Made by a program: the position numbers and the translations under genes. A stretch of 64,000 nt of DNA from the human T2T-CHM13v2.0 reference genome, Homo sapiens. The DNA is taken from the NCBI RefSeq assembly GCF_009914755.1, contig NC_060942.1; one strand, written 5' to 3'. A model generated the notes under the pieces. That model did not search any database and was not told the origin of the DNA. It was given only the letters and a program-made list of their open reading frames with translations. The stretch's first letter is position 1. The number at the start of each line of letters is the position of its first letter. Shown in pieces: positions 26,129 through 46,680 of the stretch.

Positions 26129-28837
26129 AAATGATAAGAAAGTAAAGATGTTCCAAAATAAAACTTTTAATTAGCCTTCCCTCTGTCCCCAATCTGTTTG
26201 GATTCTTGTTTTCCTTTTTTATAATTTTGACTTTCATTTTAGATTCAGGGAATGCATATGCAGGTTTGTTACACAGGTATATGGTGTAATGCTGAGGTTT
26301 GGGGTATGATTGCTTCTGTCACCCAGGTATTGAGCATAGTACATAATGGTTAGTTTTTTAACCTTTGGCCCCCTCCCTCTCTCCTCCCTATAGTAATCCC
26401 TAGTGTCTATTGATGCCATCTTTATGTCCATGAGTACCCATTGTTTAGCTCCCACTTATAAGTGAGAACGTGAAATATTTGGTTTTCTGTTCCTGTGCTA
26501 ACCTACTTAGGATAATGGCTTCCAGTTGCATCCATGTTGCTGCAGATAACTTGATTTCATTCTTTTTTATGGCAGTATAGTATTTCATGGTGTATATGCA
26601 CCACATTTTCTTTATCCAATCCACCATTGATGGACACCTAGATTGATTCTATGTCTTTGCTATTGCAAATAATGCTGTGATGAACAAATGAGTGCGTTGT
26701 CTTTTTGGTAGAATGATTTATTTTCTTTTGGATATATATCCAGCAACAGGATTGCTGGGTTGAATGCTAGTTCAGCTCTTAGTTATTAGACAAATCTCAA
26801 AACTGCTTTCCATAGTGGCTAAACTAATTTACATTCCCACCAACAGTGTATAACAATTCTCTTTTCTCTGCAGAGTTGTCAGCATCTGTTGTTTTTGGCT
26901 TTTTAGTAATAGCCATTCTGACTGGTATGAGACGCTATCTCATTGTGGTTTTCATTTGCATTTCTCTAATGATTAGTGATGTTGAACATTTTTTCACATG
27001 CTTGTTGGCCATGTGTATGTTTTCTTTTGAAAAGTGTTTATGTCTTTTGCCCACTTCTTAATAGGGTTGTTTTAAGCTTGTAAATTTTTTTAAGTTCCAT
27101 AGTTTGTGAATATTTTCTCCCATTCTGTAGGTTGCCTGTTTACTCTGTTGATAGTTTCTTTTGCTGTCCAAAAGACTTTTAGATTAATTAAATCCCACTT
27201 GTCAATGTTTTGTTTTGTTGTAATTGCTTTTCAGGACTTAGTCACAAATTCTCTCCCAAGACTGATACCCAGAATGGTGTTTCCTAGGTTCTCTTTTAGG
27301 ATTCTTATCATTTGTTTGAGGTCTTACATTTAAATCATTAGTCTATTTTAAGTTAATTTTTGTATACGGTGAAAGGGAGGGGTCCAATTTCAATCTTCTG
27401 CCTATGGCTAGCTAGCTGTCTCAGCACCATTTACTGAATAGGGAATGCTTTCCCCATTGCTTATGTTTGTTGACTTTGACAAAAATGAGATGGATGCAGG
27501 TGTGAGGTTTTACTTCTAGGTTCTCCATTCTTTTCCATTGATCTATATATCCATTTTTGTACCAGGACCATGCTGTTTTAGTTACTGTAGCCATGTAGTA
27601 TAAAGACAGGTACAATGATGCCTCCAGCTTTGTTCTTTTTGGTTAGAATTGCTTAGACTGTTTCAGTTCTTCTTTGGTTCTGTATGAATTTTAAAATAGT
27701 TCTTTTTCCAGTTCTGTAAAAAATGACATTGGTAACTTTATAGAAATAGCGTTGAATATGTAGATTGCTTTGAGCCATACGGCCATTTAATCGGCATTGA
27801 TTCTTTCAATCCATGAGCACGGAATATTTTTCCATTTGTCTGTGTCATCTATGATTTCTTTCAGCAGTGTTTTGTAGTTCTCCCTGTAGAGAGCTTTCAC
27901 CTCCTGGTTAGAGGCATTCTTAGATACTTCATTATTTTGTGACTATTGGAAATGGAACTGCATTCTTGATTTGGCTTTCAGCGTGAACATTCTTGGTATA
28001 CAGAATTGCTGCTGAATTTTGTACATTAATTTTGTACTGTGAAATTTTACTGCTTATGAGTTCTAGAAGCCTTTTGGTAGGGTCTTTAGGGTTTTCTAGG
28101 TATACAATCATATTGTCAGCAAAGGGACAATGACTTCTTTTTGACATCTTCCTGTTTGGATGCCTTTTATTTCTTTCTCTCACCTGATTGCTATGGCAAG
28201 GACTTCCAATACTATGTTGAATAGTAGTCAGAATGGGCATGCTCATCTTCTTCCAGTTCTAAAGGGGAATGCTTCCAGTTTTGCTCATTCAGTATGATGC
28301 TGGCTGTGGGTCTGTCATAGATGGCTCTCATTATTTTGAGGTATATTCATTTTATGCCCTGTTTCTTGAACATTTTTATCATGAAGTGATGTTGGATTTT
28401 ATCAAAAGGTTTTTCGACATCTATTGAGATGATCATAATGTTTTTGTTTTTATTTCAACTTATGTGGTGAATTACTTTATTGATTTGTATATGTTGAACC
28501 AAACTTGCATCCCAGGAATAAAGCCTTACTTGATCATGGTGAATTAACTTTTTGATGTGCTGCTGGATTCAGTTTGCTAGTATTTTGTTGAGGATTTTAG
28601 TATTTATGTTCATCAAGGATATTGGCCTGTTGTTTTCTTTTTTCATTGTGTCTTTGCAAGGTTTTGGTATCAGGGTGATGTTGGCTTTGTAGAATTAGTT
28701 TGGGAGGAGTCTTTCCACTTTGATATTTTGTAATAGTTTCAGTAGGATTAGTTTCTTCTCATCTGGAGATGCTGGCAACTCTAAATTTTGTAAATATTTT
28801 CATGCAGGTAGGATTTTTTCTTTTTATTTCTTTGCCG

Positions 28838-28940
28838 TATATATATATATTTCCATATATATATAATATATATATTTCCATATATATAATATATATATTT
28901 CCATATATATAATATATATATATTTCCATATATATATATA
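28838..28940. repeat. AT-rich minisatellite, unit ~tttccatatatataatatatata
   Basis: About four copies of a 22-24 bp unit inside the L1PB 5'UTR. Confidence 0.9.
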
Positions 28941-29403
28941 TCTTTCCATTTCCCTAATCCCCTCCCTAGGAGTGTGATTGTAGAGAATGGTGTGTAGGGT
29001 CTTTTGGTTTTGGTTCTATAGCGCTATGCACCTCTGTTAGCAGGTTTTCTATTAGGCTGTGCAATTCAACCTACAAGCCAATAGATGCCACTTATGCGTG
29101 GCAGCCAGCTGTGGCCAACGTTGCTGGGTATACACTTGATTCTTGTTTACTGGGAGAAGCTCTTTTTTTGCTTTATGCAATAGGATGATTCCTGGAGTAT
29201 ACAGTCTGAGTTCCCTCTAGATGGGCAGGACACTCTGGCAGGTCCACCTATAGGTCCCCCAGTGGCCAGAATAAGCACTAGAACTGAGGGAGAATCCAAT
29301 AGGCAGCCTCTAGGTACCCAGAGGTGTGCCTAGACAGGGAGCAGGAAACATCCTCATTCCTAAGTTCTCCGCAAGGTGATGGAGGGTGGCTTAAACTCCA
29401 ACT

Positions 29404-29850
29404 CTAGGTGATTGGGTGTTCCAGATGTCTGAAGATCTGCCTTTGCATGGAGCAAAGTGAACCCCCAAACAACAAGATCTCTGCACAAGAAAGGTAGGGT
29501 GGATCAGGCTGCTGTTCCAGGTGAGTGGGTGCTCCAAATGCCTGGAGATCTGCCTATGTGCAGAGTAGTGAGAGCCCTACTGCACCATGATCTATGCATG
29601 GGAAGGGTAGTACAACTCAGGCTGCTAATCCAGGTGAGGGTGTATTTTGAATGCCTGGAGAACTGGCTGGGTGTGGAGCAGAGAGGGCCCCACTGTACCA
29701 CAATGTATATCTATAAAGAGAAGGCCAGCTTAGGCTGCTGGTCCAGGCAAGTGGGTACTCTGAATGACTGGATTTCTATCTGGGGGTGGAGTGCAGAGGG
29801 TCCTGCTGCACCACAGTCTCAGGAGATCAGGATGGGGCACCCAGCACAGA
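29404..29850. repeat. 113-bp tandem units in L1PB 5'UTR
   Basis: Unit starts at 29404, 29517, 29630 and 29743 (ccaggtgagtgggtgctccaaatgcctggagatc-like). Confidence 0.8.
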
Positions 29851-30639
29851 TAGATGCAACTAGTCCCAGGTTGCCAAGCTGATCGTGATTGCAAGTCTCA
29901 TCACCCAGGAGAAGCTGGACTGTGGTAGCTCTGCTCCTGCCCCCGGCCTGTGATGAGGGAGAATACAATTCCAGCACCTACTAATTAAGCACTTTCCACA
30001 TTTCTGGCTGTAGAGGCACATATCCTGCTCCACAGAAAGCAAAGCAGTACTCTAATTTCTGGTCTGAGACTAACGTGCCTGTGCAGACACGTTGCTGGGT
30101 CACCAAAGAATGGCTGAGTTTGTGTGCACCCAGATTAAAAATGGCCTCCTGCTCTCAGTGCTGAGTCTAAGAAAGTACCTGTAGCTTTTCCCAGTGTCTT
30201 TCCCTCACAGTGTCTCTATGCCTCTTTCCAAGTTAGCTCCAGGGCTTGGGGGAAACAAAGTGTGCTCCTTCAGCCTGGGTTGCTCAGATCCCTAGTGGAA
30301 AGGTAAATCACAGAGGGAGCCTTTCTGACTCTCCTGTGTACTGGAGTTTCACTCACTTTTAACACCCAGATGCCATCATGGAGGCTGTTAGCCTGCATTC
30401 TCTTCCCTGGGAATTGGAATGTCCTTCACATTCTGGTGGATTCTCATATTCCTTCTTGAATTAACGCTCAGAGAGTTGATCTTTATGCACTATCTTGCTT
30501 TTTCCAAGTGGCCAAGGCATGCTAAGAGCCTCTCATCTGCCATCTTGAAGAAAAAGCAACAACTTTATTTGGTTTTAAACATTCGGATTTAGTCAAGGCC
30601 AACAAGCCAGAGATAGTCTTAAAGGGACCAACTTCATTC

Positions 30640-31700
30640 ACACATCGAGGCACGTCTACTATCTGTAAAACTAAACTCATCTTCCCTCCATTTAACTCTT
30701 TTCTTTTTACATCTCTGTTGCAGTTATGAAAGTTTGGAACAGTTAAATCACATCTGAATCCTCCACCTTCTCATTCAAGTTCCTACATTAATATAGAGAG
30801 AATAGTCAGTCCCTGTAAGTACTAGTCAGTCACCAAATCTTAACACTTATTTTGTAATATGTCTCTAATCTCTTTCGTATTCATTGATCTTAATTAGATC
30901 AGGACCTTGTTACAATAAGCCTGAACAATAGTAATAAGAAAATCAGTTTCTAAGTGCCTGGAGAGCCAGCTGGGTATGGAGCAGAGAGGGCCCCACTCCA
31001 CCACAATAGCCAGACAATTCCTGTAGCCAAATAATTCTGTGTTGCATGCTCAGACTTTGTAAGCAAAGAATTTAGTCAGTAACTTCCCTACTCTGGTTTT
31101 ATATATATATAACCAGAGACCGAGAAATGAAGTTAATAGTCTTGAGCCTGAAATTCAAAATCCTTCTTAATTGCACCTCAGTCATTTCTACCTTTCTCTG
31201 AACCATCTTCACATTTCTGAATTCTCCCTATGCTATAGACAGATACATCTATGCTTCCTAAATCTTGTGTTATTTTCTCACTGTTGACACATTCTATTCT
31301 ACTTTCTTAAATTTTATCCTCACCTTTTTTTTCCATATACAAATGCATTCTTTAAAATTCATTTCAAATCTCTCCTGATCCATTAACCTTTTTCTTAATG
31401 CTTGCAGACCATGCAAATTGGTCTTAGTCAAAATATTGAAGATATCTGTCATCCATGGTGTTCATTTGGCACGTACTTCCTTGTGTCATCTCCGCTGATA
31501 CACTATGTAACTATTATTTTATGTTGTATTGTAAAAATTGTTGTATACATTTATATTCTATTTTTTTTTTCAATTTAGGATTATCCTTCATATATTTTAT
31601 TTGGCCTACAAGATTTTACACTTTTTGTGAGGGTTGTTTCTTAAATATCTCTGTACCACAATAGCACATAGATATTCCAGTATCTTGAATTAATTGGTTC
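30640..31700 (+). mobile_element. L2 3' fragment
   Basis: aaaactaaactcatcttcc, cagtcaccaaatct and a degraded L2 tail near 31690. Confidence 0.6.
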
Positions 31701-32093
31701 ATAAGTCACTTATTTGCCGTCTTATAAATCTGTTCAAAATTCACTATGGGCAGTAAACTCTAAGTCAAGATCTTAAACTTGTATTCAAGATTTCCACTGG
31801 ACATACACAGATGAAAGAATCAAAATGGTAACTTATTTCAATTTAATCTCATAAAATTGAAAAATTCCCAGAGTAGTAATTTCTCAAAATCAAGATTAAA
31901 ATTTTTGATAAAGAGTTCTTCACCAGAATGACCTAAAAAGAAATAAGTATGAACCCCAATAGATATATGTATACATTTCCTCATCTCTTTCCACCACTTT
32001 CCACATTGAGTGTTAGAAACACTTTCAGAGATAATGTTTATAGATTCTCACTGTACAAGTCTTTAATTCTGGAACTAAAAAGTACGCATCCAA

Positions 32094-38903
<6,810 letters not shown>

Positions 38904-39265
38904 AAAAATACACCCCCAAAAACATTTGTCTTCTTTCTTTTTCTTCTAAGAAACATGTCCTCAATGAACTGGAAATGTTCTATCTAGAACAGGCCAGTCA
39001 CAGCTTGGGTGATTAAGAATTTATTTCAAAATTCATACATTTCTGAAATTACATAACAATTCATAAACCCAGATTATACATTAACAATATACTATTGATA
39101 CAATATACTACATTATATCTTTACTATTATATATATTTACTATGTTAACAATTAACGATATGTAGGATTTATTTCAAAATAGAAATAGTATTGACATTAT
39201 AGACTAATGAGATAATATAAATATAGTTTATATAGTTTACTATATGATTTACATTCAGTCCTCAC

Positions 39266-39355
39266 CTTCAGTATTTGTCATTTTACTTTCATGAAAACCT
39301 TCACTGTTCTCCTTAGAGGCTCCATATAGAACCAAACTTTGAGACATGGCATTGC
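39266..39355 (-). CDS. CCDC178: CCDC178 coding exon, 90 nt, phase 1-1; (G)NAMSQSLVLYGASKENSEGFHESKMTNTE(G)
   Basis: Acceptor ttttctttttaaaag, donor AAG|gtgagg. Open frame continuous with neighbours. Confidence 0.93.
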
Positions 39356-40061
39356 CTTTTAAAAAGAAAAAATACATATTTTAGTGAGTAGTTAATATTA
39401 TAGAAAATTTTAAAATAAGCACCACCATGTAAAAAACTACGTTAGAGAAGTGCTCTCCTTAAAAGAAAAACAACTATGATACAAATATTAATCAAAATCC
39501 ACAGTAGAGTATCTTCAGATATTTTCTCTATGCTCTTCAATTGGTTTGACTCTTTCATAAGAAGGTATTCAAAATAGCATGAGGCTGTTTAAAACAAACA
39601 GATAAGTTATTATGTGTTGATATAGGATGTATCCAGGACACACTGTGAAAATTAGCAAGGCAGAGATTTGTGTGTAAGCTTTGTCATCATTTTTTAAAAA
39701 ATGATATGCATGTGTATGTGTATATATATATATACTATTTTATACATATATATACTATTATATATCTTAATTATGTTAACTATTGATATGTAGGATTTAT
39801 TTCTAATTATAAATCCTATATAAGTTATGTATGATTTATAATTATAAATAAATAAGATATGTAGGATTTGTAATTGCTAGATTAAGAAACTGTCATTTTT
39901 AGAAAGAGAAAATGTAGAGAGAGAGGGGAAACGTTTTATTTTACAGTCTCTGAGGAAGTGTTTCAAAATTCTAAAACATAAAAATATATTATCATTTATT
40001 TGACATTTTCTTATAAAGCTAAATATATGTACACTTAATGCAGCAACTCCAGTCCTAAGCT

Positions 40062-40715
40062 TTTAACAAACAGAAATCAAAGTATAGGTCCACAAAAATA
40101 TTATCCCAGACCATTCATATAACTTTATTCATAACAGTGAAAACTGGAAACAACCTAAATGTCCATCAGCAGAAAAATAGATTTAAATAAATACTCTGTA
40201 GTTATGCAATAATATAATGTGGACCAGTGAAACGAATGAGCTGCAAATACATGGAGTAGCATTGGTGAATCTCAAAAACATATTGAGCAAACAAAGTCAG
40301 ATAAAACATACTCGATGCATTTAATTTCATTTTTACAAGGTCCAAGAAAAAGACAAAACTAAGCTATGGTGATAAAAATCAAAATAACAGTTGCCTATAG
40401 TAGGTGAGGAACTTTCAGGGGTGATGGAAATTTTTTTCTAGCTTGAATGTCATGATAGTTACATTTATGTACACACTTATCAAAATGTATTAAATTATAA
40501 ATTTAAGATGGCACTTTCTTCCATGTATGCTATAAAATAAAAAAATTGTTTTACTCTAAAACCACTAAAATATTTTTATATATTATAAATACATACACAC
40601 ATACATACATAAATATAAGGTTAAAATGCTTGCAGATTAACTTATGTTAATATATACTAACAGTTAAAGATAGAATATTTATATGTTAAACCTCACTAAA
40701 GCATAAAATAAGGCA
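40062..40715 (+). repeat. Left arm of ~650-bp inverted duplication (contains L1ME-type 3'UTR)
   Basis: Reverse complement of 42926-43570; ~95% identity by eye. Confidence 0.95.
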
Positions 40716-41560
40716 AAAGTAAGTTTATAGCAAAAATATTCAATAATAGGAAATTGTTCAAAAAATATAAAAATGATAAAAGATAGTGCTAATCAAATAG
40801 CTATTATAATATATAAATGACTAAATTTACCCAAAAAGAACCAAATATAAAATAATACAGAAAAAAATTATAAATAAAATGTATACAATTATTTTCTGAA
40901 AAAGAAAACTTGATGTGACTAAATATGAACAAATCTAGACCTTAAGCTCAACAACACCGAGAGTTATTACTTTACAATTGAAGTTACAGATAATAATAAA
41001 AAATCTATATGCGTGCAATAAAACAGCATATTGTATTAGAAAAAAATCTTATTTTTTAACATAAAGAGAAATTTAGAGAAAAAATATAGGGGAAAATCTA
41101 AGTCACCGTCATTCATCTGTGGCATATGAAGTTCAGAATAACAAAATGACATACAGGATGTGATGAGTACAATAAGGTAATATTGATATACATATTATGA
41201 ATTGCAAAAAGATACAGATTACATCATTTTAAAGGTAGCAAAAGTAGGTATGTTAGACAACAATTCAAAAAAGTTTAATAAGTAGAAACTAGCTGCACTA
41301 TATAACTAATCTACTGTACAGTTAGAAATTTGTCACATAAAGTTAATTCAAAGGTATTTGGAAATTTAATGTATATTTCCAAATAACAAATGTGTCAAGG
41401 AAGGATTCCATGTCATAAAAAATATGTATGAAAAAGGAAACACTTTGTAAACAAATGTTAATGTATTCAAAACAGAAATACATTCAGAACTTAAATGTTT
41501 AATTGTAAATAAATACCATTTAAAATACTGGTAAAAGTGAAATATATATATATGTACTAG

Positions 41561-41966
<406 letters not shown>

Positions 41967-42440
41967 TAATAGAGCACTAGAGGCAAATGTCCTATTTTCC
42001 AAGCTGCTGAGCTTCTGGCATTGTAACCACAACTTCAGTCCCGGTCCCTAATCACTTCCTTCAAACTCTGTGATGACGAGATGAGGTTTTCCCATAATTA
42101 AGACCTCAGTATTATCTTTGAACTTTAGTTTTACTCTAATCTTCAAACGGATGTTCCCACAACTTGACTGAGTCTCAATGACTCCAATCCCTACATTCAG
42201 TACCCCAACCAGTGATTTGGGGGGTTTGCAATGTAGCAGTTTTGTGGTATGTCCAGAGTATTAAAAGAATAAAGTTTCTACAATCAAATTCTTGTGTAAG
42301 TCAGATACTGACACGAAAGAATCAAAATTGTAATAGAATCAAATTCTTGTGTAAGTCAGATACTGACACGAAATAATCAGAATTGTATAAACCTAATGCA
42401 TTATTATTTAAAAAGAAGAATTAAAAATATAAAATTGGAA

Positions 42441-42590
42441 AGCCGGGCATGGTGGCACGCACCTGTAGTCCCAGTTACTCCAGAGACTGAGGCAGAATGA
42501 TCACTTAAGCCCAGGAGTTCAAAGCTGCAGTGAGCCATGACTCCAACCTGGGCAACAAAGTAAAACCCTCTCTCTAAAAAATAAAATAAA
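42441..42590 (+). mobile_element. FRAM/FAM-like Alu monomer
   Basis: Right-arm-type monomer with A tail; degenerate TSD ataaaattggaa / ataaaactgcaa. Confidence 0.8.
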
Positions 42591-42925
42591 TAAAACTGCA
42601 AATATTAAGTGCAAATAAAACAAAAATCAACAAAATTTCATACACTATAGAACTGTGTTAAAATTAATTTGAAAGTTTAAAAGAAAATTAATGCATCAGT
42701 CACTTGAATGCCATTCTTGCCCCCATGGTAATCCAGTGGAAAGCATCATGGTCTTCCCGTGAATAATTTCTCAAAATCAATAAGGAGTACAGAGTGAAAG
42801 CAATCAAACACAAAAGAAAAGTAGACACCACAACTCCAAGACTGGTTGTCAGTAGGCAACCAATGTTACAATTTTCTTGTGTGTACTTCCAGATCCTTTA
42901 TACCTATGAGAATATTTCATATGTA

Positions 42926-43570
42926 TGCCTTATTTTATGCTTTAGTGAGCTTTAACATATATTCTATCTGTAACTGTTAGTATATATTAATGTAAGTCAT
43001 TCTGCAAGCATTTAAACCTTATATTTATGTGTGTATGGTGTATTTATAATACATAAAAATGTTTTAATGGTTTTAGAGTAAAACAATTTTTTTATTTTAT
43101 AGCATACATGGAAGAAAATGCCACCTTAAATTTATAATTTAATGCATTTTGATAAGTGTGTACATAAATGTAATTACCATGACATTCAAGCTAGAAAAAA
43201 TTTTCATCACCCCTGAAAGTTTCTCATCTACTATAGGCAACTGTTATTTTGATTTTTATCACCATAGCTTAGTTTTGTCTTTTTCTTGGACCTTGCAATA
43301 ATGAAATTAAATGCATCGAGTATGTTTTATCTGACTTTGTTTGCTCAATATATTTTTGAGATTCACCAATGCTACTCCATGTATTTGCAGCTCATTCTTT
43401 TTCACTGGTCCACATTATATTATTGCATAACTACAGAGTATTTATTTAAATCTATTTTTCTGCTGATGGACATTTAGGTTGTTTCCAGTTTTCACTGTTA
43501 TGAATAAAGTTATATGAATGGTCTGGGATAATAGTTTTGTGGACCTATGCTTTCATTTCTGTTTGTTAAA
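42926..43570 (-). repeat. Right arm of ~650-bp inverted duplication
   Basis: Reverse complement of 40062-40715. Confidence 0.95.
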
Positions 43571-43959
43571 TGAGTGTGTATATAAGTGTGTTCAAGTGTG
43601 CATATATATAAAATATATGTAAAGAGACACGTATACATACATTTCTTTCATTCTCAGGACAGAGAGATTCCTTACCAACTTTAAACCATACTTCAAATTC
43701 AACTTTATATTTCAAGTTGTTAGAAAATTTTTTTTCACACACTAAGATCAGTCACATCAGGATTCATCTTAAAATTCAAGGTTGGTATGTGGAATAGTTT
43801 AATTGGTAGATTTTTATTTCTTAGAAGTTTATAAAATAATGGTAAATTATACAACTAGAATTATATTACATTACATAAAACATCAGTTTCATGGTATCTT
43901 GCAGTATAAATTTACCATAATTTATTGAACCAATGAGGATGAAAAAAATCTCAAAGTGA

Positions 43960-44190
43960 GAATGACTAATATTTATTGAACATATACATGACAGTTGACT
44001 TCAACATATTTATTATACTATGATACTTAATCTTTACAATAACACATATTAATTTTCATTTTACACATGAGTAAAATGTGGCCCAGAAAGGCAGTGAACC
44101 AAGCCAGGTTCACAAAGTTAGCAAGTGATAGAACTAAGATTTAAACTTTGTGTCTAGTTCCAGTCTTTCAACTACACTAGCACTCTTTAA
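43960..44190 (-). mobile_element. MIR
   Basis: cattttacacatgagtaaaatgtggcccagaaagg...ccaggttcacaaag. Confidence 0.75.
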
Positions 44191-44657
44191 ATCCTGTTTA
44201 CAATATATAATTCCAAGAGATTCTTGTAAGTATGGAAAGCTGCAGTTCTACACTCAAATAACATATTACTTAAGAAGGTTTTTTCATTGCAAGACTTATT
44301 AGAGCTTTCAAAGTGTTAATGCTCATCAAAAAAACTTCAAGGAAAATATAAATTATACAAAATTTCTCAGTTTTATTTTACCTCAGAATTATATTTTCCT
44401 TAAGCATATCTTGGAATATATATTAAATAGTACACTGTTTGAATAATATGTCCTAAAGCACATTATCTCCCAAATTTGAGAAGAAATATAATTCAGAAGA
44501 GGATTAAACTTGTTAAATTATATAAGCCAGAAAAATTCCTCTTATTATAAATGTATAATTCAATACAAAATAATAGTGTATATAATTCATATTTCTTGGA
44601 ATGGCAGGCTAGGTTTATCAGATCTACTTTTCCACTGAAAATAACTTTAAAAGCCTG

Positions 44658-44669
44658 TATATGTATGTG

Positions 44670-44724
<55 letters not shown>

Positions 44725-44732
44725 ACATATAT
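44658..44732. repeat. (TA)n microsatellite
   Basis: About 23 uninterrupted TA units with TG-containing flanks. Confidence 0.95.
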
Positions 44733-44799
44733 GAACAAGATAGTTACAAACTACTAGGACAAAATCTAAAGGAGAGCAGAAACTATACTTCTAAGTGGA

Positions 44800-46680
44800 G
44801 CACAGGGTGCAAAATGACATTTGACACAAAAGTCATTGACAATTCCTAGAAAATTTGGGCTGGGTTTGATGACTTGTAAGTTTTAGAAAATAAAAAGACA
44901 ACCTAGTCTCACGTTCCATAGACAAAATTTAAGTGATTCGTGAAATCGGATGGGGAAAAATTACTCTATTTTTAAAATATTTCTGTACTTCTTATAATAC
45001 ATTTAAAAATATAATTTTCATGCCAGAGAGTATAAGCTTCAACAAGCTTCAAAGGGCCTATAGCACAAAAAATTAGAATGCCTTAACTCCCAACTAAATT
45101 GTAAAACTCGTTTTAAATTTGGATAACAATTGGCTATAGCCTCGGAGCAAAGGTTAACCAGAAATAACCACCCCAATGACCTCTACCAGAGCTCAAGACA
45201 CTGTAGAGACATTTTCTCTGAGTATACACTAAATATACAAAAATAAAAACAAAAGCAGAAAACCTCACCCCTGTGACATTAAAACTTTGGCTATTCATCA
45301 CTTAAATTTGCAGATTAGGTTTTCATCATTGGACACTCTACCGAAGCCTCTATGCTTGAATTTGTTTTAAGTTTGTGCCATATCGGTACAGTGCTATGTT
45401 CCTGACAGAAGCAAAAACATGTATACTCTGGAAGAAGTCATCTGTATTTTAAGCATCATGGAATGCCCATGAATAATTTTTCAAAAGCAATAAGGAGTAC
45501 AGAGTCAAAGTAATCAAACACAAAACAAAGGTAGACACCATAACTTAAATAGCACGCAAAAATCAATTCCAGGTGGATTGAAAATCTAAGTGTAAAAGTC
45601 AAAACTCCAAAATGCTTAGAAGATGAATTGGACGAATATCTGCATGACCTTGGACTAGGATTTCCTTGAATAATATGTAAAAAGCTTTGACTTGAAAAAA
45701 TAATAACGTTTGTGCATCAAAAGGCAATATAAATAGATTAAAAATAAAAGGCATAAACGTAAAAAAAATTAGTTAACATATGTGACTGATTTAGAACTAG
45801 TATTCATATTACACAAGAAATTCCTAAAAATCAATGTGAAAAAAGACAAATGACTCATTAGAAAATTAGAAAAAAGATTTAGCCAATTTGCAAAAGTGGA
45901 ACTCAAAATGCCAAAAAGCACATGAAAAAATTTTCAACATCAATAATAATCAGGCAAATTTAAATTAAAACCACAATAAGACATTGCTACATAGTATGGG
46001 GATTGTCAATACTTTAAAAATCTAATATTGTCAAGTGGTAGGAAAAAAATGGAGCAACTGGAACATTCCTACACTGTTATGTCACTGTAAATTCATGTAA
46101 TTACTTTGGAAAATAATTTGGCATTATCAAATAATGTCAACGATAGATATACCACATACTTACCAATTCTGCTGATAGGTATGCCTTAGAGAAACTCACA
46201 CAGGATATATGTACAAGGAGGTTTCTAGAAGCATTATTCAAAATAACAAAAAATGGTATTGTACAATGGTACAGCAAAATGGATGAAAGCCACAAATTAC
46301 ATTGAGCAAAAAAAGTAGCAAGGATAAAGATAACAAGTAATGTTGAACAAGGGCAGCAACAAACATATATTAACTCAGTTTAATTTCAATTAACAAGCAT
46401 GCAAAATTAAATTACATCTTTAGGGATGCACACATATGGAACACTACAGTTAAAATTAAAAAGAAAAGGAAATTAGCACCACAAAAGCCCAGGTAGTGGA
46501 TGGCATAAAGAATTGTTCAGGAGAGTACAGGGAGACCTTCTGAAATGCCGGGAACGTCTATGTGTGGAGTGAGTGAAGGTGACACAGATGCTTCCTCATA
46601 ATCATTTATGAAAAAAACCCACATATTAAGTTTGTACACTCTTCTTAAGTATGCATTATTCAAAACGAAAAAGGAAACAC
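44800..46680 (+). mobile_element. Old L1ME-type pieces: 5'UTR-like to ~45545, then ORF2 end and 3'UTR
   Basis: aaaatcaattccaggtggattgaaaatctaagtgt and ggagcaactggaacattcctacactg motifs. Confidence 0.65.

Larger units (their letters stand above)
26213..30550 (-). mobile_element. L1PB element with 3'UTR, ORF2 3' half and full 5'UTR; ORF1 and EN region deleted
   Basis: L1PB 3' end (tttagattcaggg...caggtttgttac), ORF2 relics 26445.., 27421.., 27932.., junction at ~28750, YY1 motif gccatcttg at 30539-30547. Confidence 0.88.

Noticed and set aside
29404-29850. 113-bp periodic array as a CRISPR-like or novel repeat
   Set aside because: Units are contiguous and diverged with no unique spacers, and they sit inside an L1PB 5'UTR.
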